DNA of 64,000 nucleotides, taken from the NCBI GenBank assembly GCA_002348365.1, contig DEBC01000089.1, positions 7,794 to 71,793 on the forward strand. The letters run 5' to 3'. This stretch comes from Alphaproteobacteria bacterium UBA2966 (GTDB lineage Bacteria > Pseudomonadota > Alphaproteobacteria > UBA2966). The notes below the pieces were generated by a model. It made no database searches and was not told the origin of the DNA. It was given only the letters and a program-made list of their open reading frames with translations. Positions 1 through 9,683 of the stretch are shown here, one piece after another. A program made the translations under genes and the position numbers. Each line of letters begins with the position of its first letter. Within the stretch, counting starts at the first letter, position 1.

Positions 1-32
1 TCTGGCAATTGATAACGAGGTGCGCAGTCACG

Positions 33-248
33 TCAATTGGTCGATGCAGCGTTCTGCACGCCTCCTGCAATCCCGTTGTACAGGTTCGCAAGGTCAGTGC
101 CGATGGTCGTGACCACAGCAATGATGACAACGGCAATAAGCGAAGCGATCAGCCCATACTCGACCGCCGTGACACCGCGGGAGTCGTCCCGCAATTCGGA
201 CAGCGACGCAAGGATCGAGGTCACTGTCCGGCGGACAAGATCAGGCAT
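33..248 (-). CDS. Flp/Fap family type IVb pilin
   Basis: G-VTAVEYGLIASLIAVVII Flp motif after a short leader; ATG at 248 chosen within ORF 33..308. Confidence 0.85.
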   Translation of the reverse strand: MPDLVRRTVTSILASLSELRDDSRGVTAVEYGLIASLIAVVIIAVVTTIGTDLANLYNGIAGGVQNAASTN

Positions 249-312
249 CCTGCGGATACCCTTGCAATGTAGGTCCAACATTTGCTGGTCCTGACGCACC
301 CGGTGCAACTCA

Positions 313-726
313 CTAGACCGTGATCACCTCCCAGAAGATCATCAGGCAACCAATCCAGCCGACGACAAAAGCGCCGGTCCGAAGCCATGGTATGCCGGCC
401 ATATGGACCGCCGCCTGGGCAAGCCGCGCCCAGAAGAAGAGTTGAGCACCGAGAACGGTGGTCTCATTGGATGCGCCGACAACCTGGGCGATGAGGACCA
501 GAACCCCAAATGGGACCAGGTTCTCAATCAGGTTCATATGAACGCGGTGACAGCGCTGTATCCATCCCGGGAGATCGCTGTAGTCACCTGAAGGATAGCC
601 GACGGTCACCGCCATGCCCTTCGACGCTGTTGCACCGATTATGTAGGGTACCCAAATCACCAGACTGAGCAATGCGAGGTATGCGAGCAACCTCAGTTCG
701 ACTGCCAATCCTGCACCTTCAGCCAT
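313..726 (-). CDS. MAPEG family membrane protein
   Basis: Hydrophobic helices, RCHRVHMNLIENL and ARLAQAAVH motifs; start moved to ATG 726. Confidence 0.8.
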   Translation of the reverse strand: MAEGAGLAVELRLLAYLALLSLVIWVPYIIGATASKGMAVTVGYPSGDYSDLPGWIQRCHRVHMNLIENLVPFGVLVLIAQVVGASNETTVLGAQLFFWARLAQAAVHMAGIPWLRTGAFVVGWIGCLMIFWEVITV

Positions 727-891
727 TTTTCCAATCTCCTGATTGCCATCTGTAGGTCCCGTATCGTCCTCGGATATGGGCGACGAGCGCAATCCCTAAT
801 CTCAGAGAGCACACGGATCAGCCGAGCTAGCGGATTGCGCGCCGCTAACCGATGCGCATACTTGCAGCGCTCAAACCGAGGGATTCTCAAA

Positions 892-2478
892 ATGCGCGAT
901 TTTCATCTACCCGGCCGATCGACCGTACGCTCCATGAACGGGATGGCTGCCACGTCTCATCCGGCGGCCACGCTAACTGCGATCGACGTATTGCGGGCCG
1001 GCGGTAACGCTGTCGATGCGGCGGTCGCAGCGGCGGCCGTCCTCGGCGTCGTGGAACCGCATTCAACCGGCATCGGCGGCGACTGCTTCGCCCTCTATGC
1101 ACCTAAGGGCTCCACCGACATCGTCGCCGTGAACGGTTCGGGGCGGGCGCCTGCCGCGGCCACGGCGGAGTGGTATCTCGACAATGGATTCAATGGAATC
1201 CCACTTTACAGTCCGCATGCCGTCACCATTCCCGGCGCGGTCGACGCCTGGTCCCGTTTGCTCACCGATCATGGCACGAAGGGATTTGCCGAACTCCTGC
1301 AGCCGGCGATCGACTATGCCGAACAGGGCTATGTCGTGCATGGACGAATCGCACAGGCGTGGTCCGCCAATGCGGAGAAGTTGTCTCAGGACCCGACTTC
1401 TGCCCGGGTCTTTCTGCCCGACGGAAAAGCGCTCGCGGAAGGCGATGTTCATCGCCAGGTCATGTTGGCTGAGACCATGAAAACCATCGTCCGGGAAGGG
1501 CGGGACGGTTTTTATACCGGGCCGGTCGCTGAAGACATGGTGACGTATCTGAATTCCCTGGGCGCGCTGCATACGCTCGACGATTTCGAGAGCCATGAGA
1601 CAGAATATGTGACGCCGATCAAAGGCAGCTACCGCGGTCTCGACGTGTATCAGGTGCCGCCCAACAACCCTGGGATCACGGCCCTGCTCATGTTGCACGT
1701 CATCGAGGGATTTGATCTCGCATCACTGGATCCACTGAGTGTCGAGCGGTTTCACCTCGAAGCCGAGGTTGCCCGGCTGGCCTACAACGTCCGCGAGACC
1801 GACGTTGGGGACCTGGCGTTTGTCGACGTACCTGTTGACAAGCTTCTGTCTGAGGAATTCGCAACCGAATTGCGGAGCCGGATCGATCCGCGGAGAGCCA
1901 TGGAGTTGAAATCGATCAAGCCGCCAACGGCTCCGGACACTGTCTACATCTGTGTGGTTGATGCGGACCGGAACGCCATCTCGTTCATAAACTCGATCTC
2001 GTACGCTTTCGGGACCGGTCTTCTCAGCCCCAATACGGGTGTCATGTTGCAAAACCGGGGATCTGGCTTCCGTGTCGAACCGGGACACCCGAATTGCATC
2101 GCACCGCGCAAACGTCCGCTCCACACGATCATGCCGGGCATGCTGGCAGAGGCGGATCGCGTCCTGATGCCGTACGGCGTGATGGGTGGACAATATCAGC
2201 CCACTGGTCACACCCATGTGCTCACCAACATTCTCGACTACGGAATGGACGTGCAGGCGGCCATAGATTTTCCCCGCGCATTTCACTTCGGGGACACATA
2301 CCTCCTGGAACGCGGATTGGACGATGAAATCGAGCGCGGACTTCAAGCCTTGGGCCACCAGACGGCGCGTCCCGAGATGCCTCACGGAGGCGGGCAGGCG
2401 ATCTGGATTGATTGGGAGCGTGGGACGCTGGCCGGGGGATCAGAGCCGCGCAAGGACGGCTGCGCCCTCGGCTATTAA
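892..2478 (+). CDS. ggt: Gamma-glutamyltransferase family protein
   Basis: GGNAVDAA, GIGGD, nucleophile DTVY, NRGSGF, KRPLHT, PRKDG motifs. Confidence 0.9.
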   Translation: MRDFHLPGRSTVRSMNGMAATSHPAATLTAIDVLRAGGNAVDAAVAAAAVLGVVEPHSTGIGGDCFALYAPKGSTDIVAVNGSGRAPAAATAEWYLDNGFNGIPLYSPHAVTIPGAVDAWSRLLTDHGTKGFAELLQPAIDYAEQGYVVHGRIAQAWSANAEKLSQDPTSARVFLPDGKALAEGDVHRQVMLAETMKTIVREGRDGFYTGPVAEDMVTYLNSLGALHTLDDFESHETEYVTPIKGSYRGLDVYQVPPNNPGITALLMLHVIEGFDLASLDPLSVERFHLEAEVARLAYNVRETDVGDLAFVDVPVDKLLSEEFATELRSRIDPRRAMELKSIKPPTAPDTVYICVVDADRNAISFINSISYAFGTGLLSPNTGVMLQNRGSGFRVEPGHPNCIAPRKRPLHTIMPGMLAEADRVLMPYGVMGGQYQPTGHTHVLTNILDYGMDVQAAIDFPRAFHFGDTYLLERGLDDEIERGLQALGHQTARPEMPHGGGQAIWIDWERGTLAGGSEPRKDGCALGY

Positions 2479-2558
2479 GGCATTAGGTTTGTCCCACGTT
2501 GGCGCCCGTGACGCAGTGTGAGGTGAATTTCCCGGCGATTGGGGTGGTCCAAGGTTTC

Positions 2559-3452
2559 CTAAAGTTTCAGCATGCGTTGCAGAAAGCCGATTTGGTGCTG
2601 CACGGAACTGTCGAATAGTTCTCCCGGTTACCACAGAGGGCCGAAATGACCGCCGTCAATCTCGAATAGCTCTTTGGGCGCCGCGATCCTTTCGAACACC
2701 GCGCGCTGGGCGGTTGGATTGCAGTGCTCCATCTCATCATGGTGACCGATCATCATCAGTGTCAGTGCTGTCAGATAGGGTGCGGTCAGATAAGGGTGAA
2801 ACGGGACCTCTGTCGGCGGAACAACCCGGGAGGCCAGGTTCTCCCACTTTGTATCGAAGCGACCGCCGTGCTCGGTGAACCATCGGAAGGCCTGAATCAG
2901 CTTGAGCAGTGACGGCGCATTTATCTGGTCGGCCGAGACGACGGGCAACGGGCCGACCGTTGAGTCAGGGCCGCCCTCCACATTGCCTGATGCGAACACC
3001 GATTTCAGGGATGTCAGCGCTGTGTCGCTCGGCTACATGTCGGGAAGTGCCATGCCGCATACGGGGTTCTGGGCAACGATGGCCGCAATGTCGTCTATCA
3101 ACGCACCGACGACGAGCACATCCATTGCCGAGTAGCTGACGCCCCACAGCGCAATCCGGTCGATATCGGGTCTTGTTCTCAGGTACGCGACAGCGTCCCG
3201 GTAACCTCGTCCCTGGATCCATGGATTGATTTGAAATCGTGGCTCACCGTCGCTGGCGCCCAGGTTGCGGTGGTCGTAAAGAAGTACGCTGAAGCCGGCC
3301 GCATGGATCGCTTCCGCGACCGCGTCGATCGCCATCGTGATCGTGGCGGAGGTTCCCTGCGCCATGACGATGCACGGTGGCCTGTCCGCCGCCTTATAGA
3401 ATCGGCCGCGCAGGATGGCATTTTCCGACTCGAACTCGATCTCTTGAAGCAT
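2559..3452 (-). pseudogene. Alpha/beta hydrolase with two in-frame stops
   Basis: ORFs 3033..3452 and 2628..2999 share a frame across TAG 3033-3035; the frame continues past TAA 2628-2630 (PGELFDSSVQHQIGFLQRMLKL) to TAG 2559; WGVSYS nucleophile elbow, GGHF. Confidence 0.75.
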
Positions 3453-3591
3453 TTCGGCCTCCGGGCGCCGAATTTGGCGTGCTTTAGATCGACGGGCAGC
3501 GCGGTACCCTGACAGGCGGTTACAAGCCCTTCAAGGACGGGGGCCGGGTTCGCCTCCAACTCAATGCTTCGCTACAAGCTTCGGGCCGCCA

Positions 3592-5130
3592 TCACCGCAG
3601 GCCGTTCAGAAAGAACGTTTCAACCTCGCCCTTTCCGCGAATATTCATGATGCCCCGCGGTTCGAGCACGAATCTCGGCTCAATAAGTCGGGCCAATTCG
3701 GCCGTGACGTGGATGCGATTGGGCTCACTGTATGATTCGAATCGGGCGGCCATGTTCACCGTGTCGCCCCAGATGTCATAAAGAAATCGATGTCTGCCGA
3801 TGATGCCGGCCGCGACCGGACCGGTTTGCAGCCCGACGCGCATTTGAAATGGAGGGTCGTGGTTTTCGTTGAATCGGTGTAGCGCGTCAATCATGCCGAG
3901 CGCCATGTGGGCCATCGCGTCCGCATGGTCGGTGTGAGGTTGTGGAACTCCGGCTACAGCCATGTAGGCGTCGCCGATGGTTTTCACCTTTTCCACTCTC
4001 AGTTCGGTCGCCAATTCATCAAACGCGCCGAACAACTCGTTCAGATTCTGCACCAGATGTTCGGGTGCCATATTGGCCGATATCCGAGTGAATCCTACGA
4101 GATCGGAAAACAGGACCGTGGCCTCGTCGAACTGGTCGGCGATCAGGGTTTCCGCACCATGGACGCGCTGAACGATGGGTTCGGGGAGAATCCGGTGCAA
4201 CAGGTCTTCGGCTTCTTCTTTGGCCTCCTGCAATGCCCGAGCCGCTTCCATTTTCTCGGTGATGTCTCGGATTATGCCCGTGAAGTAGTACGAATCTCCC
4301 ACTGACCAGTGCGACAGGGACATCTCGACCGGGAATTCTTCACCGTTCTTCCTCAGGCCACGCAGCTCAACCGGTTTGTCCGAGTACTTGTGCTGACCGG
4401 TACCGCTTGCCTGCTTCAGGCCAGCGACATGCTTGCCATAAAATTCCTCTGGCATGACCCGTTCCAGTGACCCTCCGACCACTTCCGATTCGCTGTAACC
4501 GAAGATCTGCTCCGCCCCCCGGTTCCAGGAAACGATTGCGCCGTGACCGTCAATTGAAATGATCGCGTCATTCGCGGTTTCCGAGACCGACCGATAGCGC
4601 TCCTCGCTCTGGCGCAATTTCTCTTCGGCGTGCTTCAGGGGTGTCGTATTGAGCCTGATCGAGAACGTGCCGCCGCCGGGGGCCTCATACTCGCGGAAGG
4701 CCACCCAACTGCCATTCGCGAGTTGCATTTCCTGCCAGGCCTGTCCGCTCAGGCGTGCTTGAAGGCGCTGCTGGATCAACGTATGGACGGTCCTTCCTTC
4801 CATCCGAAAAAAACCTTGTTGGGCGGCGATTCGAACCAGGTCTTCGAACTTCATCCCAGGTTTGAAACTGTTCTCCAGTTCGGGAGAGATTTCGGCGAGG
4901 TACTGTCTGTTGCAATGGACCAACCGGTCTTCCACATCGAACAGCGCCACGCCCTCGGCCAGGTGTTCGATGGCCTCAACCATCTGAATGCGGGCGTCGG
5001 CGGTTTCGCTGCCCGTATGGGAGGCGCCCTCGAGCGTCGCTATCTGACGTTCGAGGGTCTCCAGTTCATTGAGCAGTTGCGCTTTCGTCTTGCGCTGCCG
5101 CTGTCGTGCACGTTGGTCTGTATCCGGCAT
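3592..5130 (-). CDS. PAS-domain class III adenylate/guanylate cyclase
   Basis: Two PAS domains, FSDLVGFT, KTIGDAYM, YDIWGDTVNMAAR; GGAGGA RBS before ATG 5130. Confidence 0.9.
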   Translation of the reverse strand: MPDTDQRARQRQRKTKAQLLNELETLERQIATLEGASHTGSETADARIQMVEAIEHLAEGVALFDVEDRLVHCNRQYLAEISPELENSFKPGMKFEDLVRIAAQQGFFRMEGRTVHTLIQQRLQARLSGQAWQEMQLANGSWVAFREYEAPGGGTFSIRLNTTPLKHAEEKLRQSEERYRSVSETANDAIISIDGHGAIVSWNRGAEQIFGYSESEVVGGSLERVMPEEFYGKHVAGLKQASGTGQHKYSDKPVELRGLRKNGEEFPVEMSLSHWSVGDSYYFTGIIRDITEKMEAARALQEAKEEAEDLLHRILPEPIVQRVHGAETLIADQFDEATVLFSDLVGFTRISANMAPEHLVQNLNELFGAFDELATELRVEKVKTIGDAYMAVAGVPQPHTDHADAMAHMALGMIDALHRFNENHDPPFQMRVGLQTGPVAAGIIGRHRFLYDIWGDTVNMAARFESYSEPNRIHVTAELARLIEPRFVLEPRGIMNIRGKGEVETFFLNGLR

Positions 5131-5217
5131 GTCTGTCCTCCACGACCGAGCCGGTTTCCAACAGGCTATTGGCAACTGCGGATTTATGGAAGGTGGGGTC
5201 TTACCTCATCCATGCTA

Positions 5218-5682
5218 TCACTCGATCAGATAGCCACCGCCTTTGCCGCGCATGACCGTACAGTCCGCTTCCCGGACACCCGTGACCAGCTCCAGGTTGC
5301 TCTTGGTGAACTCGATCATCCCCTCGACCGTGTAGTCGCCGAACCGGGTCATGCCGAGGGCCTTGTGTCGGGCGCCCAGCACAAGGCGGTCGATCCCCGA
5401 TTCGTGAATGGCCCACAGGCACATGGGCCACGACTCCGCGACCGAATAAAGTGTCGCCCCCGCCAGACTGCTCTTCCCCAATTGTCGACAGGCATCACGG
5501 ATGGCATCGATTTCCGCGTGCGACAAGGGGTCGTTGTGGGTCGCACCCCAATTCCGCCCTCGCCCCACCACTTCGCCCTCGAGAACGATGACGCTGCCAA
5601 CGGCAAAGTCGCCGGCATCATACGAGGCCTGTGCTTCAGCCAATGCGAGTCCCATGAAGTGGTCATGATTTTAATCTGCCAT
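5218..5682 (-). pseudogene. TadA-like nucleoside deaminase, probably disrupted
   Basis: HAE motif present; ATG 5682 with GAAGGAAG RBS reads MAD*NHDHFMGLAL (TAA at 5671-5673); PCxxC motif reads SWPMC. Confidence 0.65.
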
Positions 5683-5697
5683 GGCGCTTCCTTCTCG

Positions 5698-6597
5698 TTA
5701 TCGCTTCAGCGTTGGGATGATCTCCGTTGCGATCTGCTCGAAAACCGGCATCTCACGCTCCACCAGGGGATAGTGCAGGACGATTTCAGTGATGCCGATC
5801 TCGATGACCCGCTCAACCATTTCCGTGAAGGCATCGGTTGATGCGTAGTACGCGATCGCGCCGCCGCAGTCCCGCGACTGCTGGTCTAGGACCACGTATG
5901 AACGTCGCAGTGTCTTCGGGTCACGGTCGATGGCCGCACAGTGCTCGTCCAGCAAGTTCATCCGGTCACGGGTTTCCTGAAGCTGCGCGTCGAAGGTTTG
6001 GGCGAAACTGAGGCTGTTCCAGATATCGGCATGCCGGGCGGTGAGCTTGAGCATGACCGGACCCAGCGCGCCGATGGCGATGGGTGGTCGCGGTTGCTGG
6101 ATGGGCCGGGGGATCATGACGGCATCTTTGATGTTGTAGTAGTTGCCTTGATAGGTCGTGGTTTCATTTGCCAGTAACAGATCGACGACCTCCACGTATT
6201 CCTTCAGGCGGGCCACTCGTTCCGGATAACTCCAGTTCGGTATGCCGATCATGTCGTAGGCCGGGTCCTCGATGAGACCGGTGCCGATGCCCACCACCAG
6301 ACGTCCATTGGAGATCTGATCAACCGTCAATGCCTGGCGGGCCAGCATTGCGGGGTTTCTGAATGGAATCTGGGTTACGTAAGTCGCGATGTTGATTCGA
6401 GAGGTCTCTCGGGCGACGGCGGCCAGGGTGGTCCAGCCCTCCAACCAGGGGATGTGCGGATTTCGCCAGTCGACAAAATGATCGGCGGTCGCGACGAGAT
6501 CGAACCCCAGCTCTTCAACATGTCTGAATCGTTGGGCGAGCTCAGCCCAGGGGGCGTTGGGCAACAGCAATACCTGAAACTGCAGTTTCTGGCTCAT
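5698..6597 (-). CDS. LLM class flavin-dependent oxidoreductase
   Basis: ADHF, EGWTTLAAVARET, TVDQISNGRL, PRPIQQPRPPI. Confidence 0.9.
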   Translation of the reverse strand: MSQKLQFQVLLLPNAPWAELAQRFRHVEELGFDLVATADHFVDWRNPHIPWLEGWTTLAAVARETSRINIATYVTQIPFRNPAMLARQALTVDQISNGRLVVGIGTGLIEDPAYDMIGIPNWSYPERVARLKEYVEVVDLLLANETTTYQGNYYNIKDAVMIPRPIQQPRPPIAIGALGPVMLKLTARHADIWNSLSFAQTFDAQLQETRDRMNLLDEHCAAIDRDPKTLRRSYVVLDQQSRDCGGAIAYYASTDAFTEMVERVIEIGITEIVLHYPLVEREMPVFEQIATEIIPTLKR

Positions 6598-6629
6598 GAC
6601 TGGCTGGTCCTCAACCTTTCGACGGCATG

Positions 6630-8600
6630 CTAGATCTCACGAGCGACGCGGTGACCGTCGACCACCGCCAGTTCGATGTCGCGCGGCTGAAAACAGTCGC
6701 CAATGGCGTGTACCTCCGGGTGGCGTTCCTTGAGGTCTCGGAACAATTCATCGTCGGCCTGTCCGCCTGCCGCGAGCACCACTGCGTCGATATCTTCAAT
6801 CGTTCGCGGCTCCCACGAAACCACGTTGTAGACGTCGACTGATTTGTCGTTCACTTCCCAGACCCCCGTGAACGGTGTCAACGTGACATTCTTTTTCATC
6901 AGGCGCTCGAGTTGCACATGCCAGGCAGGGATGGGCATGTGACGGCCGATGTATTCAAGACCGGTGACAATTTCCACGTTTCGGCCCTGGTCCGCCAGGT
7001 GCTCGGCGACGCTCGGCGCCTCAGCGCGACCAAGTGTGTCAACCACCAGTACGCGTTGACCGATTTCGGAATTCCCCAACAGCACGTCCCGGCTGCTCAG
7101 CACATGCTTCTGGTCGGCGCCGATCACATCAGGACGAAATGCAGTCGATCCCGTGGCCACGATGATGGCATCCGGCACGCAAGCAAGAACATCCTCAGTG
7201 CCAGCTTCGTGCCCAAGCTTGATGGCAACCCCCAGCTTCTCGAGTTGGCGCTCGAAGAAAAGGATGATCTGTTCGAAGATGTCCCTGGCGGGCGTACGCA
7301 TGACCAGGTTCACCTGGCCTCCGAGCCGTTGTCCCTTCTCGAACAGGATGACCTCGTGACCGCGTTCGGCCGCGATGCGGGCCGCTTCGCAGCCCGCGGG
7401 GCCGCCACCAACGACGACGACTTTCCGCTTCTCTGATGCCGGAGGCAGTTCGGACCATTCCCGTTCACGTCCGGTTACGGGGTTATAGATGCACCCTACG
7501 CCCATCCCGAGATAGATGTGCCCGACGCAGCTTTGCGTACAGGCAATACAGGTCCGGATATCGTCAGCGCGGCCCTCCCGGGCTTTGTTCGCCCAATGTG
7601 GATCAGCAATCAGCGCGCGGGCCATTCCAATGATGTCCGCCTTGCCATCGGCAAGCATGCCATTTGCGAGTGCCGGTGAATCGATGCGGCCTGTCCCCAC
7701 GACAGGCAAAGTCGTGGCCTCCTTGAGTCCGGCAGGCAGATAAGCGAACTGTCCCGGCTTGTAATAGTGTGGCGGCCAGTGCTCTCGCCCGCTGCGCGGA
7801 CTGGGCACGATCCCCTGCCACATGTTGAAGTAATCAACCTTGCCGCCCGCTTCGACGAGACGCGCAATCTGTTTGTAGTCCTCCAAGCCCAGACTGTAGT
7901 CGACGAGATCGTCGTAAAACCGGATGCCGAGCAAACGCTCCGGTCCCAGCTCGCCGCGCACCACATCAATGACTTCGTCGAGGAATGTCATGCGTTCTTC
8001 AAGTGTGCCGCCGCCATATTTGTCGTCACGCTGATTGGCCTGTTTGCTGAGGAAATTTGCGAACAAAAAGTCGAGACCAACCGCCAACTCGACACCATCC
8101 ATCTCACCACGGTTGACTCGTTGGGTCGCGGCGGCAAACGACTCGATCACTTCTTCGACCTCTGCCGTCGACATGGCGTGCGGGACCAACTGAGGTGCAG
8201 AAAAGTCAGGTGCTGGAATCGCCGACGGTGCATCGATGGTCTTCTGCAGATAGGCGGCGCCGTCGGACACACGGCGCCCGCGATGGCCGAGTTGTGCCAA
8301 CATAGGCACGCCATAAGCATGCGTGGCTTCGGAGAATTTGCCGTAGACGGCCGTAATGCGCTCATCGTAGTTGGCCAACGAGAGCGTGGTATCACCCTCA
8401 TGCCGGGTCACGGTAAAGCCGGTCACGATAATACCAACGCCTCCCTTAGCGCGCTCGCGCACGTAATCGACATAACGATCCGTTGGGATGCCGTCGCCGG
8501 TCTGAAAATGGGCCGCGTGGCCCGTGTTCATGATCCGGTTCTTCAACGTATATGTGCCGACCTTCAGCGGCGCGAACAGACTTGGAAACGGTTCGGCCAT
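6630..8600 (-). CDS. Two-domain OYE-like FMN/4Fe-4S/FAD oxidoreductase (FadH/TMADH architecture)
   Basis: LKNRI, RDDKYGG, CIACTQSC..C Fe-S motif, GGGPAG FAD site. Confidence 0.85.
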   Translation of the reverse strand: MAEPFPSLFAPLKVGTYTLKNRIMNTGHAAHFQTGDGIPTDRYVDYVRERAKGGVGIIVTGFTVTRHEGDTTLSLANYDERITAVYGKFSEATHAYGVPMLAQLGHRGRRVSDGAAYLQKTIDAPSAIPAPDFSAPQLVPHAMSTAEVEEVIESFAAATQRVNRGEMDGVELAVGLDFLFANFLSKQANQRDDKYGGGTLEERMTFLDEVIDVVRGELGPERLLGIRFYDDLVDYSLGLEDYKQIARLVEAGGKVDYFNMWQGIVPSPRSGREHWPPHYYKPGQFAYLPAGLKEATTLPVVGTGRIDSPALANGMLADGKADIIGMARALIADPHWANKAREGRADDIRTCIACTQSCVGHIYLGMGVGCIYNPVTGREREWSELPPASEKRKVVVVGGGPAGCEAARIAAERGHEVILFEKGQRLGGQVNLVMRTPARDIFEQIILFFERQLEKLGVAIKLGHEAGTEDVLACVPDAIIVATGSTAFRPDVIGADQKHVLSSRDVLLGNSEIGQRVLVVDTLGRAEAPSVAEHLADQGRNVEIVTGLEYIGRHMPIPAWHVQLERLMKKNVTLTPFTGVWEVNDKSVDVYNVVSWEPRTIEDIDAVVLAAGGQADDELFRDLKERHPEVHAIGDCFQPRDIELAVVDGHRVAREI

Positions 8601-8699
8601 CGAGCTCCCCTTCACGTGTTAGACCTGGAACAGGCCCCGTTCAGGGAAGTCTAGGACAAAGGAGGGATCCGATGACAGCCGTCACCGGTGTGCCTGGAC

Positions 8700-9683
8700 T
8701 TAGCCGGGATAACAACCTGCCTCGCGGGCGCGGCGCACGACCAGGGCGTAGACCAGGTCGATGGTCGGGGTCGGCACGCCCACCAGGCGTCCCAGTTCGA
8801 CGACGGAACCGACGAGAGCGTCTATTTCCATGGGCCGTCCCTGATCGAGGTCCTGCAACATTGACGTTCGGTGGGCACCCACCGCTTCGGCCGTCTTGAT
8901 CCGAGCGTCCACATCCATGGTGAACTCGGCACCGAGGGCTTCTCCCACTGCCTGGCCTTCCATCATCATGTTCCGCAAGAGCGAATAACAATCGGGGTCG
9001 GTAGCGAGGGTTTCGAGTGTCGCATCGGTCAAGACACTGACCGGGTTGAAGGAGAGGTTGCCCCACAGCTTCATCCAGATCTCGTTACGGATCTTGGGAC
9101 GAACCGGAGACTTGAGGCCCGCCGAGACCATGGCCTTGCTCAGTCTGAGGGCCCGGTCCGAGCGACTGCCGTCGGGTTCCCCAAGAGGCATGCGGTTGCC
9201 GTAGGAGTGTCGGACAACGCCCGGACGTTCGATTTCGGCCGAAGTCCAGACCACGCAGCCGATCACACGCTCAGGTCCGATATGAGTCCACTGGCGGTCG
9301 CCGGGATCGACACTGGCGAGGCGATGACCTTCGTACGGCCCGTCCAACTTGTGGAAATACCACCAGGGAATCCCATTCACGACGGGCACAACGACCGTGT
9401 CCGGACCAAGCAGGGGCGCCATGCCTTCTACGATTGGTGGCACGGAATGCGCCTTCAGCGCGATTAAGACATAGTCTTGAACGCCGGCCTCCGCTGGATC
9501 ATCCGTACATCGCGGGCGGGTGACAAATTCATCCCCGTCTTCGGTTATCAGTGTAAGACCGTCCTGTTTCATCGCGGCGAGGTGTGGCCCCCGGGCGATG
9601 AGAGTCACGTCAAGACCTTCATGGCTCAGGAGGGCGCCGACGTGTCCGCCGATAGCGCCGGCGCCATAGATACAGACCTTCAT
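8700..9683 (-). CDS. Ketopantoate reductase family, probable oxalyl-CoA reductase (PanE2-like)
   Basis: GAGAIGG, KLWGNLSFNP, TSMLQD; coupled to an oxalate-CoA ligase-like gene. Confidence 0.8.
   Translation of the reverse strand: MKVCIYGAGAIGGHVGALLSHEGLDVTLIARGPHLAAMKQDGLTLITEDGDEFVTRPRCTDDPAEAGVQDYVLIALKAHSVPPIVEGMAPLLGPDTVVVPVVNGIPWWYFHKLDGPYEGHRLASVDPGDRQWTHIGPERVIGCVVWTSAEIERPGVVRHSYGNRMPLGEPDGSRSDRALRLSKAMVSAGLKSPVRPKIRNEIWMKLWGNLSFNPVSVLTDATLETLATDPDCYSLLRNMMMEGQAVGEALGAEFTMDVDARIKTAEAVGAHRTSMLQDLDQGRPMEIDALVGSVVELGRLVGVPTPTIDLVYALVVRRAREAGCYPG

Noticed and set aside
4630..5841. Long antisense ORFs (e.g. 4630..5841, 7767..8654, 10253..11212)
   Set aside because: Shadow frames of real genes in GC-rich DNA, with no recognisable motifs.
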